Counted from the stretch's first letter, positions 25,970 to 38,564 are shown. The stretch is 64,000 bases of DNA from Eledone cirrhosa (GCA_964016885.1 OZ024764.1:6262001-6326000), one strand, 5' to 3'. A program made the numbers and translations. The notes: a model not told the origin generated them from the sequence alone.

Positions 25970-26020
25970 ATTTTATTATACATATTTCAGAGGTACAGCA
26001 GTACGTCCTCACCAGATAAT
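25970..26020 (-). ncRNA. Degenerate hammerhead (CTGGTGA core)
   Basis: Homolog of 30293-30359 with a core substitution and shortened stem II. Confidence 0.55.
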
Positions 26021-26035
26021 ATAAAATGATACATG

Positions 26036-26066
<31 letters not shown>

Positions 26067-26194
26067 GAAAGTTATATTTAAATTGTTGGGTTACAACTAG
26101 TAAATATTTATAACTGATATAAAAGCACTCAACAAGTATTTGGAGTATATTTACAATATTAAATAAATGGAAACTATATTTATAAAACCATATT

Positions 26195-26260
26195 TATTTC
26201 ATTATATATATTTCAGGGATATCATATTAACAATATGTTATGCCTTCTTCAGACAAAATA
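26195..26260 (-). ncRNA. Type I hammerhead ribozyme (family A, CTGAAGA subfamily)
   Basis: Reverse complement of 30835-30900. Confidence 0.72.
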
Positions 26261-26506
26261 CAATATAGACAGTTTTATAGATAAATAGATTTGACATACC
26301 GTTCAACATCGACTTGTATTTGAAAAAGTTGATTTGGCAGTATATATACAGATTTATATATAGGAGTAAGTAAGACCCCGACGGCTGAGCTCAAGCCGTT
26401 TCGACGGCTAATTCTGTACTGTACTCCTATTACCCACTCTACTACCCTAAGTATTGAGTACTTTGGTGCGTTATGGTCCACCTGGTTCCTTACCACTTTT
26501 CCTTCG

Positions 26507-26564
<58 letters not shown>

Positions 26565-26791
26565 ATATATATATATGTATATATATATGTATATATCATA
26601 AATCATGTCTTTAGAATCATCAGATATTAAAATATATACTATTTCTTCTTCTAATTAGCATAATTAACCATATACAAAATCCATCCTAGCAAGCATATGT
26701 GTGTGTGCATATATATATGCGTGTGCAGCATGTGTGTGTGTGTGTGTGCATATATATATGCGTGTGCAGCATATGTGTGTGTGTGTGTGTA

Positions 26792-26901
<110 letters not shown>

Positions 26902-26930
26902 CACACATATATATATTGAAAAAGAGTGAC

Positions 26931-26965
<35 letters not shown>

Positions 26966-26995
26966 TACACACATATATATATATCGAAAAAGAGT

Positions 26996-27055
<60 letters not shown>

Positions 27056-27084
27056 CACACATATATATATTGAAAAAGAGTGAC

Positions 27085-27119
<35 letters not shown>

Positions 27120-27509
27120 TACACACACATATATATTGAAAAAGAGTGACATATATATATGTATATATATATATATATATACACACATATATATATTGAA
27201 AAAGAGTGATATATATATATATATATACACACACACATATATATATTGAAAAAGAGTGATATATATATATATATATATATATACATACACACATATATAT
27301 ATCGAAAAAGAGTGACATACATATATATATGTCACTCTGTCTCTGCTGCAGCACCAGATGTTGGTACAGCAGCACCAACATCTGGTGCTGCTGCTGTTGT
27401 TGCACAACAGCCTTGTTTACGGTTTAACTGCACTGACTCAACTAACACCACATGGTGCATTGTTGTGTCTGTTGTATCATTGACCTGCAGTGCTGTATGG
27501 CCTAGTTGT

Positions 27510-29673
27510 TAGGGTGTGTGGTTAGGGTGTTGGACTGGATGGTTTGTGGTTAGGGTGTTGGACTGGATGGTGTGTGGTTAGGGTGTTGGACTGGATGGTG
27601 TGTGGTTAGGGTGTTGGACTGGATGGTTTGTGGTTAGGGTGTTGGACTGGATGGTTTGTGGTTAGGGTGTTGGACTGGATGGTTTGTGGTTAGGGTGTTG
27701 GACTGGATGGTGTGTGGTTAGGGTGTTGGACTGGATGGTTTGTGGTTAGGGTGTTGGACTGCATGGTGTGTGGTTAGGGTGTTGGACTGGATGGTTTGTG
27801 GTTAGGGTGTTGGACTGGATGGTGTGTGGTTAGGGTGTTGGACTGGATGGTTTGTGGTTAGGGTGTTGGACTGGATGGTGTGTGGTTAGGGTGTTGGACT
27901 GGATGGTGTGTGGTTAGGGTGTTGGACTGGATGGTTTGTGGTTAGGGTGTTGGACTGGATGGTGTGTGGTTAGGGTGTTGGACTGGATGGTTTGTGGTTA
28001 GGGTGTTGGACTGGATGGTGTGTGGTTAGGGTGTTGGACTGGATGGTGTGTGGTTAGGGTGTTGGACTGGATGGGTTGTGGTTAGGGTGTTGGACTGGAT
28101 GGTGTGTGGTTAGGGTGTTGGACTGCATGGTGTGTGGTTAGGGTGTTGGACTGGATGGTGTGTGGTTAGGGTGTTGGACTGGATGGTGTGTGGTTAGGGT
28201 GTTGGACTGCATGGTGTGTGGTTAGGGTGTTGGACTGGATGGTGTGTGGTTAGGGTGTTGGACTCGATGGTTTGTGGTTAGGGTGTTGGACTGGATGGTT
28301 TGTGGTTAGGGTGTTGGACTGGATGGTGTGTGGTTAGGGTGTTGGACTGGATGGTGTGTGGTTAGGGTGTTGGACTGGATGGTGTGTGGTTAGGGTGTTG
28401 GACTGGATGGTTTGTGGTTAGGGTGTTGGACTGGATGGTGTGTGGTTAGGGTGTTGGACTGGATGGTGTGTGGTTAGGGTGTTGGACTGGATGGTTTGTG
28501 GTTAGGGTGTTGGACTGGATGGTTTGTGGTTAGGGTGTTGGACTGGATGGTGTGTGGTTAGGGTGTTGGACTGGATGGTGTGTGGTTAGGGTGTTGGACT
28601 GGATGGTGTGTGGTTAGGGTGTTGGACTGGATGGTTTGTGGTTAGGGTGTTGGACTGGATGGTTTGTGGTTAGGGTGTTGGACTGGATGGTTTGTGGTTA
28701 GGGTGTTGGACTGGATGGTGTGTGGTTAGGGTGTTGGACTGGATGGTGTGTGGTTAGGGTGTTGGACTGGATGGTGTGTGGTTAGGGTGTTGGACTGGAT
28801 GGTGTGTGGTTAGGGTGTTGGACTGGATGGTGTGTGGTTAGGGTGTTGGACTCGATGGTTTGTGGTTAGGGTGTTGGACTGGATGGTGTGTGGTTAGGGT
28901 GTTGGACTGGATGGTGTGTGGTTAGGGTGTTGGACTGGATGGTGTGTGGTTAGGGTGTTGGACTGGATGGTTTGTGGTTAGGGTGTTGGACTGGATGGTT
29001 TGTGGTTAGGGTGTTGGACTGGATGGTGTGTGGTTAGGGTGTTGGACTGGATGGTTTGTGGTTAGGGTGTTGGACTGGATGGTTTGTGGTTAGGGTGTTG
29101 GACTGGATGGTGTGTGGTTAGGGTGTTGGACTGGATGGTTTGTGGTTAGGGTGTTGGACTGGATGGTTTGTGGTTAGGGTGTTGGACTGGATGGTGTGTG
29201 GTTAGGGTGTTGGACTGGATGGTGTGTGGTTAGGGTGTTGGACTGGATGGTTTGTGGTTAGGGTGTTGGACTGGATGGTTTGTGGTTAGGGTGTTGGACT
29301 GGATGGTGTGTGGTTAGGGTGTTGGACTGGATGGTTTGTGGTTAGGGTGTTGGACTGGATGGTGTGTGGTTAGGGTGTTGGACTGGATGGTTTGTGGTTA
29401 GGGTGTTGGACTGGATGGTGTGTGGTTAGGGTGTTGGACTGGATGGTTTGTGGTTAGGGTGTTGGACTGGATGGTGTGTGGTTAGGGTGTTGGACTGGAT
29501 GGTGTGTGGTTAGGGTGTTGGACTGGATGGTGTGTGGTTAGGGTGTTGGACTGGATGGTTTGTGGTTAGGGTGTTGGACTGGATGGTGTGTGGTTAGGGT
29601 GTTGGACTGGATGGTATGTGGTTAGGGTGTTGGACTGGATGGTGTGTGGTTCGGGTGTTGGACTGGATGGTGT
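27510..29673. repeat. 28-bp minisatellite, about 77 copies
   Basis: GGTTAGGGTGTTGGACTGGATGGT(G/T)TGT. Confidence 0.97.
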
Positions 29674-29789
29674 GCCGTCTAGTGGTGTTTATATCATCAT
29701 CATACTCATCATTTAACGTCCATTTTTCCATGCCTGCCCATGTTAGACAAATTGTCACATTATAAGATAAGTCAGGTCCAGTCGGGTAT

Positions 29790-30132
29790 CATCATCATCA
29801 TCATCATCATTTTACGTCCACTTTTCCCTGCTTGCAAGGGTGGGACGGGAACTGATGCTGGCTTGATTTCTACAGCTGGATGCCCTTCCTAACACCAACC
29901 TCATTTACAGTGAGTGCTGGGTGCTTTTTTGCCGTGGCACCTCCACGACCACTTTACAGTGGAATGATAGGGACCCCAGTCCCTATCATCTCATTTCTAC
30001 AGCTGAGTAAACTGGAGCAATGTGAAATAAAGTGTCTTGCTCAAGGAAACAACACATCACCCGGTCTGAGAATTGAACTCACAACCTTTCGATTGCAAGG
30101 CCAATGCTCTAACCACTAAGCCATGTGCCTCC
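29790..30132 (-). mobile_element. SINE family 1, full length
   Basis: Head GGAGGCACATGGCTTAGTGG to (GAT)n tail. Confidence 0.9.
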
Positions 30133-30186
30133 ATATATATATATATATCAAATGATGATGATGATGATGGTGATGATATATATATA

Positions 30187-30217
<31 letters not shown>

Positions 30218-30292
30218 ATAATTAAAGGTTAAACAAGGTTCAATGAATAAAGTTTCACAATAGATTAGAAGAACATATGTCAAGAATCAACT

Positions 30293-30359
30293 TATTTTAT
30301 CTGATGAGGACGTACTGTTGAAAATAGCTCAGTACCTCTGAAATATGTATAATAAAATA
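30293..30359 (+). ncRNA. Type I hammerhead ribozyme
   Basis: TATTTTAT-CTGATGA-GGAcGTACTG..CAGTACcTCT-GAA-ATATGTAT-A-ATAAAATA. Confidence 0.8.
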
Positions 30360-30621
30360 TACTTGATCACACGAATGTCTATATTTGATAATAACCACAC
30401 ACCATCCAACTAGGCCATACAGCGCTGCAGGTCAATGATACAACAGACACAACAATGCACCATGTGGTGTTAGTTGAGTCAGTGCAGTTAAACCGTAAAC
30501 AAGGCTGTTGTGTAACAACTGCAGCAGCACCAGATGTTGGTGCTGCTGTACCAACATCTGGTGCTGCAGCAGAGACAGAGTGACATATATATATATATAT
30601 ATGTCACTCTTTTTCAATATA

Positions 30622-30656
<35 letters not shown>

Positions 30657-30834
30657 GGAAAGATATATTTAAATTGTTGGGTTACAACTAGTAAATATTT
30701 ATAACTGATATAAAAGCACTCAACAAGTATTTGGAGTATAAATCTGTATATAAACTGCCAAATCAACTTTTTCAAATACAAGTCGATGTTGAACGGTATG
30801 TCAAATCTATTTATCTATAAAACTGTCTATATTG

Positions 30835-30900
30835 TATTTTGTCTGAAGAAGGCATAACATATTGTTAATATGATATCCCTGAAATATATATAATGAAATA
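30835..30900 (+). ncRNA. Type I hammerhead ribozyme (family A, CTGAAGA subfamily)
   Basis: TATTTTGT-CTGAAGA-AGGcATAaCATATTG..AATATGaTATcCCT-GAA-ATATATAT-A-ATGAAATA. Confidence 0.72.
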
Positions 30901-31190
30901 AATATGGTTTTATAAATATAGTTTCCATTTATTTAATATCGTATATATATATATATATATATATATATGCGTACACACACACACATTTATATATATATAT
31001 ATAGTTGTTATATAGTAAGGTGCACTATTGGTTGTGTAAAATGGTCAAATAAAGTTATGTTAGCAATATTAAGTTCTCCACGCTTTTGTATATCTCCAAG
31101 TCCATTCAAGGGAACAGCTAGATGATGTAAGACGGAGTATAAGTATCAAAATGAAAATCTGAAGGCAAGGTAAAATTCCAATCATCTTAA

Positions 31191-31264
31191 TCACGACACA
31201 TGTTTCAATAAGAGATAGATCGATCGGGAAGCCATGATCGATTATCACTGATCTCATCAGGTGA
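31191..31264 (-). ncRNA. Type I hammerhead ribozyme (family F), left arm
   Basis: Minus strand reads TCAC-CTGATGA-long stem II-GAA-ACatgtGT-C-GTGA (GUC site). Confidence 0.78.
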
Positions 31265-31404
31265 AAATGAATTGTCTTCAAATTCTTGATATGAGGGAGA
31301 AAATTAACAATGTTCACTCACAGAGTGAATATGAGGGAATAAACTCTGTGAGTAAACTTTGCTAATTTTCTCCCTCATATCAAGAATTTGAAGACAATTC
31401 ATTT

Positions 31405-31478
31405 TCACCTGATGAGATCAGTGATAATCGATCATGGCTTCACGATCGATCTATCTCTTATTGAAACATGTGTCATGA
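31405..31478 (+). ncRNA. Type I hammerhead ribozyme (family F), right arm of a roughly 370-bp inverted repeat (31150-31520)
   Basis: TCAC-CTGATGA-GATCAGTGATAATCGATC..GATCGATCTATCTCTTATT-GAA-ACATGTGT-C-ATGA. Confidence 0.75.
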
Positions 31479-31516
31479 TTAAAATGATTGGAATTTTACC
31501 TTGCCTTCAGATTTTC

Positions 31517-31562
<46 letters not shown>

Positions 31563-32064
31563 TAAAATAACAGATTAAAGTTTAAGCAAAGAATCGCTGC
31601 TTTCACCCTTAACGGGATCTTCTGCTTAAACTTTAATCTGTTATTTTAATAAATATTTGCTCTACGGTTCTTATATATTTGATATATATTTTCCTTATCG
31701 AGCCCTCTTTGGATTTTAGTCTTCAATTTTATTATTACTATATATATATATATCAGTATTAACAATTGTTTCCTTAGTCCGGTGTGTCTAAAAGAAGTCG
31801 CTGATCGTTAGAGGTTATGTCACTCGGCCTCAATTACAGTGGATACCCAACCAAATCACCAAATTACTGATCAGTGTACATGATACAGTGCACTGGTACT
31901 TATAGATACATGGCAGAAAACGTAAAAGAAAACAACAAGGTCACCCAACTAAGGAAACTCCTTGTTGAGTCAAACAACGCCGTACGTGAAAACTGTCCTC
32001 GACACAGAGTACTCATAACCGTTAGCTGGGTTACCTTAAAGGATAGCTTGTTGTCATATATATA

Positions 32065-32211
32065 CGAGGGCAATCCCAAAAGTAAGGTCTCCTTCCGATA
32101 TTGCAACTTTTCCGTGCTTCGGGAAACCTCAGGAACAAAAATCCAGAGTGATCCGCCAATATTTACGCATGTTTTCCTTGGAAGGAGACCTTACTTTTGG
32201 GATTGCCCTCG
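32065..32211. mobile_element. Tc1/mariner-type MITE, 147 bp
   Basis: 32-bp perfect TIRs CGAGGGCAATCCCAAAAGTAAGGTCTCCTTCC with TA on both sides. Confidence 0.88.
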
Positions 32212-32301
32212 TATGTAATAACTGCGCGATATTTGCACTTCGCGGTAGCTTTCAACGGGAGCTCCATTCTCAACGGCTGCCAAGCCAGGATTGAGCATCC
32301 C

Positions 32302-32787
32302 AGGATGGTGTGTGGTTAGGGTGTTGGACTGGATGGTGTGTGGTTAGGGTGTTGGACTGGATGGTGTGTGGTTAGGGTGTTGGACTGGATGGTGTGTGGT
32401 TAGGGTGTTGGACTGGATGGTGTGTGGTTAGGGTGTTGGACTGGATGGTGTGTGGTTAGGGTGTTGGACTGGATGGTGTGTGGTTAGGGTGTTGGACTGG
32501 ATGGTGTGTGGTTAGGGTGTTGGACTGGATGGTGTGTGGTTAGGGTGTTGGACTGGATGGTGTGTGGTTAGGGTGTTGGACTGCATGGTGTGTGGTTAGG
32601 GTGTTGGACTGGATGGTGTGTGGTTAGGGTGTTGGACTGGATGGTGTGTGGTTAGGGTGTTGGACTGGATGGTGTGTGGTTAGGGTGTTGGACTGGATGG
32701 TGTGTGGTTAGGGTGTTGGACTGGATGGTGTGTGGTTAGGGTGTTGGACTGGATGGTGTGTGGTTAGGGTGTTGGACTGGATGGTGT
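32302..32787. repeat. Second 28-bp minisatellite array, about 17 copies
   Basis: Same unit as 27510-29673, homogeneous for the GTGTGT variant. Confidence 0.95.
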
Positions 32788-32901
32788 GCCGTCTAGTGGT
32801 GTTTATATCATCATCATACTCATCATTTAACGTCCATTTTTCCATGCCTGCCCATGTTAGACAAATTGTCACATTATAAGATAAGTCAGGTCCAGTCGGG
32901 T

Positions 32902-33185
32902 ATCATCATCATCATCATCATCATTTTACGTCCACTTTTCCCTGCTTGCAAGGGTGGGACGGGAACTGATTCTGGCTTGATTTCTACAGCTGGATGCCCT
33001 TCCTAACACCAACCTCATTTACAGTGAGTGCTGGGTGCTTTTTTGCCGTGGCACCTCCACGACCACTTTGCAATGGAATGATAGGGAACCCAGTCCCTAT
33101 CATCTCATTTCTACAGCTGAGTAAACTGGAGCAATGTGAAATAAAGTGTCTTGCTCAAGGAAACAACACATCACCCAGTCTGAGA
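32902..33185 (-). mobile_element. SINE family 1, 5' truncated
   Basis: Nearly identical to 29790-30070. Confidence 0.85.
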
Positions 33186-34074
33186 TATATATATATAGTT
33201 TTAATATAGATGAGATTCTACAGGACTAGAACTGTTTCATTCTTTAGAAATCATCAGGAATCTGCTGGTTACCTCCGATTCAATCTGGAATAACTTACCT
33301 ATATATATATATACATATATATATATAGGAAAAGAGTCAGGTCCCTGACGGCTGAGCTCTGGCCGTTTCCACTTGGTATCTTACCACACCTTCTTTGTTG
33401 TTATATGTTTCAATATCATCATCATCATTACCATCGTTTAATGTCTATCTTCCATGCTAGCATGGGTTTAGACGGGAATTGTCCCACTTGAGGCAAGATT
33501 GGTCGTCTCGCTTGTATAGGACTGTGTGGCAGGTTTTCTACGGCTCGATATATATATATATATTATAAAAAGAGATTAAAGTTTAAGCAAAGAATCACTG
33601 CTTTCACCCTTAACGGGATATTCTACCTAAAAGCAGTATGAAGTACATACACTAAGACTAATCGATGTAATCTTTGGCCTTGTTTGTTTATATTTTGTTT
33701 TTGTGTATGCAAAAATATCTGTACACGAATATCTATATTAAAATAACATATTAATGTTTAAGCAAAGAATCGCTGCTTTCACCCTTAACGGGATCTTCTG
33801 AAACTAAAAACAAAAAAATTAATCTGTGAACGCAGGAGTAAATATTTCGAAAAATGTTGCAACTGGAGGAAAACAGGAAGACGATGCACTGCAAAGTGGT
33901 CGTGGAGGTGCCACGGCAAAAAAGCACCCAGCACTCACTGTAAATGAGGTTGGTGTTAGGAAGGGCATCCAGCTGTAGATATCAAGCCAGAATTAGTTAC
34001 CGTCCCACCCTTGCAAGCAGGGAAAAAGTGGATGTGAAATGAAATGAAATGAAATGAAAATGAAAATATATTTA

Positions 34075-34340
34075 TTAAAATAACAGATTAAAGTTTAAGC
34101 AAAGAATCGCTGCTTTCACCCTTAACGGGATCTTCTGAAACTAAAAAAGAAATATCAATCTGTGAACGCAGGAGTAAATATTTCGAAAATGTTGCAATTG
34201 AAGGAAAACAGGAAGACGATGCCTTGGTTCGTGAAGACGTTCCCTGGCAATGAACAGAAAATAGCGAGGATAATACGTCATTATGTGCAGAGATTCTTTG
34301 CTTAAACTTTAATCTGTTCTTATAATAAATATTTGCTCTA
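34075..34340. mobile_element. Family D element with inverted ends
   Basis: AACAGATTAAAGTTTAAGCAAAGAATC ... GATTCTTTGCTTAAACTTTAATCTGTT. Confidence 0.65.
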
Positions 34341-34498
34341 CTGGTTTTTATATATATAGGGAAAATATTCAGGACCCCCGACGGCTGAGCTCCGGCCATT
34401 TTGACAGGCTAGATCCGAACGGTTCGGATCTAGCTGTCGAAGTATTGAGTACTCTGGTGGGTTATGATCCACCTGGAATCTTACCACACTTTCTTTGT

Positions 34499-34532
<34 letters not shown>

Positions 34533-34534
34533 TG

Positions 34535-34582
<48 letters not shown>

Positions 34583-34620
34583 TGTATGTATAAATATATA
34601 TATATATATATATATGTATG

Positions 34621-34676
<56 letters not shown>

Positions 34677-34708
34677 AATATGTATGTATATATATATAAA
34701 TATGTATG

Positions 34709-34781
<73 letters not shown>

Positions 34782-35192
34782 CATCATCATCAACGTTTAA
34801 CGTCCGTGTTCGACGCTTGCATGGGTTTGGACGGGGGTAGTCCCACTTGAAGCAAGAGTGATTGTCTTGCTCGCATAGGACTGTCTGGCAGGTTTTCTAC
34901 AGTTGGATGCCCTTCCTAACACCAACCACATTTACAGTGTGGGTCTGGGAGGTTTTTACCGTGTTGCCTACACGGCCACATTACAGCGTGGACTGTGTGT
35001 TTTTTGTCGTGACACCTACACGATCTCATTTGTTTCGGCCTGGATGGTGCGGCACCAACATAACTTTACATAGAACGGGTGGTGTGGATGGGGTGGGGGT
35101 GGTGGCGGGACGGGATACATATATATAGATATATAGATATATATATACATATATATATATATATTTATATATACATATATATAGATATATAG

Positions 35193-35256
<64 letters not shown>

Positions 35257-35284
35257 TTATATATACATATATATAGATATATAG

Positions 35285-35343
<59 letters not shown>

Positions 35344-35446
35344 GTATATATATAATGTATACATATATATAATATATATATATGTATACATATATATAAT
35401 GTATACATATATATAATATATATATATGTATACATATATATAATGT

Positions 35447-35508
<62 letters not shown>

Positions 35509-35744
35509 TTATATGTATATATACGCCACATAGACAGACAGTGATCCAGTGACTAGTTTATGTTTTTACAGTTGGCTAATCAACTTCATTTCTTCCTGGT
35601 GACCTACATAACTGTGGTGTAACTATTTACAGCCCAGCAGCCTGTGGCAGAACCTGTCTCATTCAGCTTACTGCTCAGAACATCTGCTTTTTTCTAGTCT
35701 CCACCAGACACACTTCCATATACAAACAACAACAATAATAATAA

Positions 35745-36315
35745 TATAATTGTTTCTACTTTTGGCACAAGGCCAGCAATTACCCAGCGCATTACTGGTA
35801 CTTATTTTATCGATCCCGTAATAATTGTTTCTACTTTTGGCACAAGGCCAGCAATTACCCAGCGCATTACTGGTACTTTATTTTATCGACCCTGTAATAA
35901 TTGTTTCTACTTTTGGCACAAGGCCAGCAATAACCCAGCGCATTACTGGTACTTTATTTTATCGACCCCGTAATAATTGTTTCTACTTTTGGCACAAGGC
36001 CAGCAATTACTCAGCGCATTACTGGTACTTTATTTTATCAACCCCGTAATAATTGTTTCTACTTTTGGCACAAGGCCAGCAAATACCCAGCGCATTATTG
36101 GTACTTTATTTTATCGACCCTGTAATAATTGTTTCTACTTTTGGCACAAGGCCAGCAAATACCCAGTGTATTACTGGTACTTTATTTTCTCGACCCCGTG
36201 AGGATGAAAGGCAAAGTTAACTCTCGGCGGGATTTGAACTCAGAATGGCAAGGGCCGTAACTCTATGCGTCAAAGCATGGCGTCCGACCCTCTACCGATA
36301 CTGCCAATCCACCGC
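35745..36315 (-). repeat. SINE family 2 whose 3' 76 bp is tandemly amplified about 6 times
   Basis: ATAATTGTTTCTACTTTTGGCACAAGGCCAGC..ATCGACCCCGTA, period 76, contiguous with a full SINE. Confidence 0.9.
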
Positions 36316-36319
36316 ATAT

Positions 36320-36535
36320 AATGGTTTCAAGTATAGGCACAAGGCCAGCAATTTGGAGGGGGGGGGGAGTCGATTGAATTGACCCCAGTGCGTGACTGGT
36401 ACTTTATTTTATCGACCCTGTAAGGATGAAAGGCAAGGTTAACCTCGGCGGGATTTGAGCTCAGATCGTAAAGGGCCGTAACTCTATGCTGCAAACCACG
36501 GCGTCCGGTCCTCTACCGATACTGCCAATCGACCG
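36320..36535 (-). mobile_element. SINE family 2
   Basis: Homology to the other copies. Confidence 0.85.
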
Positions 36536-36562
36536 ACCTATAATAATAATAATAATAATAAT

Positions 36563-36666
36563 AAAATGGGAGGTAAAAAGGATTTGGAACTGTCATGAAG
36601 TCAGAGTGGTCCCGATTGTCATAGGACCACTAGGTACTACCTCAAGGAGTTTCCAAGGATGGTTAA
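36563..36666 (+). pseudogene. R4/Dong-like retrotransposon endonuclease-domain fragment
   Basis: KWEVKRIWNCHEVRVVPIVIGPLGTTSRSFQGWL, flanked by (TAA)n on both sides. Confidence 0.7.
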
Positions 36667-36703
36667 ATAATAATAATAATTATTATTATTATTTCTATAT
36701 TAT

Positions 36704-37045
36704 GGAGGCACATGGCTTAGTGGTTAGAGCATTGGCCTTGCAATTGAAAGGTTGTGAGTTCAATTCTCAGACCGGGTGATGTGTTGTTTCCTTGAGCAAG
36801 ACACTTTATTTCACATTGCTCCAGTTTACTCAGCTGTAAAAATGAGATGATAGGGACTGGGGTCCCTATCATACCACTGCAAAGTGGCCGTGGAGGTACC
36901 ACGGCAAAAAAGCACCCAGCACTCACTGTAAATGAGGTTGGTGTTAGGAAGGGCATCCAGCTGTAGAAATCAAGCCAGAATCAGTTCCCGTCCCACCCTT
37001 GTAAGCAGGGAAAAGCGGATGTAAAATGATGATGATGATGATGGT
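36704..37045 (+). mobile_element. SINE family 1, full length
   Basis: tRNA head, CORE-like domain, (GAT)n tail. Confidence 0.9.
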
Positions 37046-37249
37046 GATTGGGCACAAGGCCAGCAGTTATCCCAGTACATTACTGGTACTTTATTTTATC
37101 GACCCCGTAAGGATGTGAAGACACGCGGCTGAGTGGTTAGAGAATTAGATTTGCAATCGTGAGGTTGTCAGTTCGATTACAGACCAGGTGATGTGTTATG
37201 TCCTTGAGCAAGACACTTTATTTCATGTTGCCCTTCTATCTGGAGTTGT

Positions 37250-37365
37250 GACCGATAGATAGTACTAGCAATTGGATAGACCGATAGATAGTACTAGCAA
37301 TTGGATAGACCGATAGATAGTACTAGCAATTGGATAGACTGATATATAGTACTAGCAATTGGATA
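37250..37365. repeat. 29-bp tandem repeat x4
   Basis: GACCGATAGATAGTACTAGCAATTGGATA. Confidence 0.9.
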
Positions 37366-38564
37366 TGGTGATGGTGATGGTGCTAGTGGTGGTGGTGATG
37401 GTGGTGGTGGTGGTGATGGTGATGGTGGTGGTAATGATTGTGGTGGTGATGGTGGTGGTGATGGTGATTGTGGTGGTGGTGATGGTGCTAGTGGTGGTGG
37501 TGATGCTGATTGTGGTGATGATGGTGATGGTGATGGTGGTGGTAATGATTGTGGTGTTGATGGTGATTGTGGTGATGATGGTGGTGATGGTGATGATGGT
37601 GGTGATGGTGATGGTGATGATAATTATGGTGATGGTGGTGGTGGTGGTGGTGGTGATGGTGATGGTAATGATTGTGGTGATTGTGATTGTGGTGATGGTG
37701 GTGGTGATGGTAATGATTGTGGTGATGATGATAATGATGATGGTGATGATTGTGGTGATGGTGGTGGTGGTGGTGGTGGTGGTAATGTTAATGATGATGG
37801 TGGTGAGGTTTATGACAATGGTGGTGGTGGTGGTAATAGAATGGTATGGTTATTTAGGTAAAGTTGATATAAATAAAATAGTGTTATATATGGGGGGCAG
37901 GGGATAATTGTTTTGTGGAGAGTGTGGGGTGGGGCTGAACTAGGGAAGTGGTGGTGTTGGTGTCTGTTGTAGTGGTGGTGTCTGTTGTGGTGTTGGTGTC
38001 TGTTGTGGTGGTGGTAGTGTTGGTGTCTTGTGGTGGTGGTGTCTATGATGGTGTAGGTGTCTGTTGTGGTGGTGGTGGTGTAGGTGGTGTCTGTTGTCGT
38101 GGTGGTGGTGCTTTAGGTGGTGTCTGTTGTGGTGGTGTAGGTGGTGGTGTCTGTTGGTGTTGGTTGTGGTGGTGGTGGTGTAGGTGTTGGTGTTGGTGGT
38201 GGTGGTGTCTGTTGTGGTGTAGGTGGCCGTGTCTATGATGGTGTTGGTGTTGGTGTCTGTTGTGGTGGTGTCTGTTGTGGTGGTGTTGGTTGTGGTGGTG
38301 GTGGTGTAGGTGGTGTCTGTTGTGGTGGTGGTGGTGGTGGTGTCTGTTGTGGTGGTGTAGGTGGTGGTGGTGTGAGAGATATAGATTGGTAAGCAGTGAA
38401 GCAGAGGAGAAATCTGGAATGAATTAGCAGCTAAACTCTGTATATATGTTTGTGTGTAGATATATATACATATATATGTGTGCATATATATATTTACATA
38501 TATATGTGTGTGTATATATATATTTACATATATATGTGTGTATATATATATATATATATACATA

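Noticed and set aside
27510-29673. CRISPR array or telomere
   Set aside because: No unique spacers and no cas genes in this eukaryotic DNA; TTAGGG occurs once per 28-bp unit, not as tandem hexamers
29880-30119. Recurrent ORF MPFLTPTSFTVSAGCFF.. (also 32994, 36717, 42202, 49588)
   Set aside because: Antisense reading of SINE family 1; recurrence reflects SINE copy number
31874-32218. 114-aa ORF
   Set aside because: Reads through the MITE; no recognisable domain
36704-36776. tRNA genes at SINE heads
   Set aside because: A and B boxes are present, but there is no proper acceptor stem or terminator and they continue into SINE bodies
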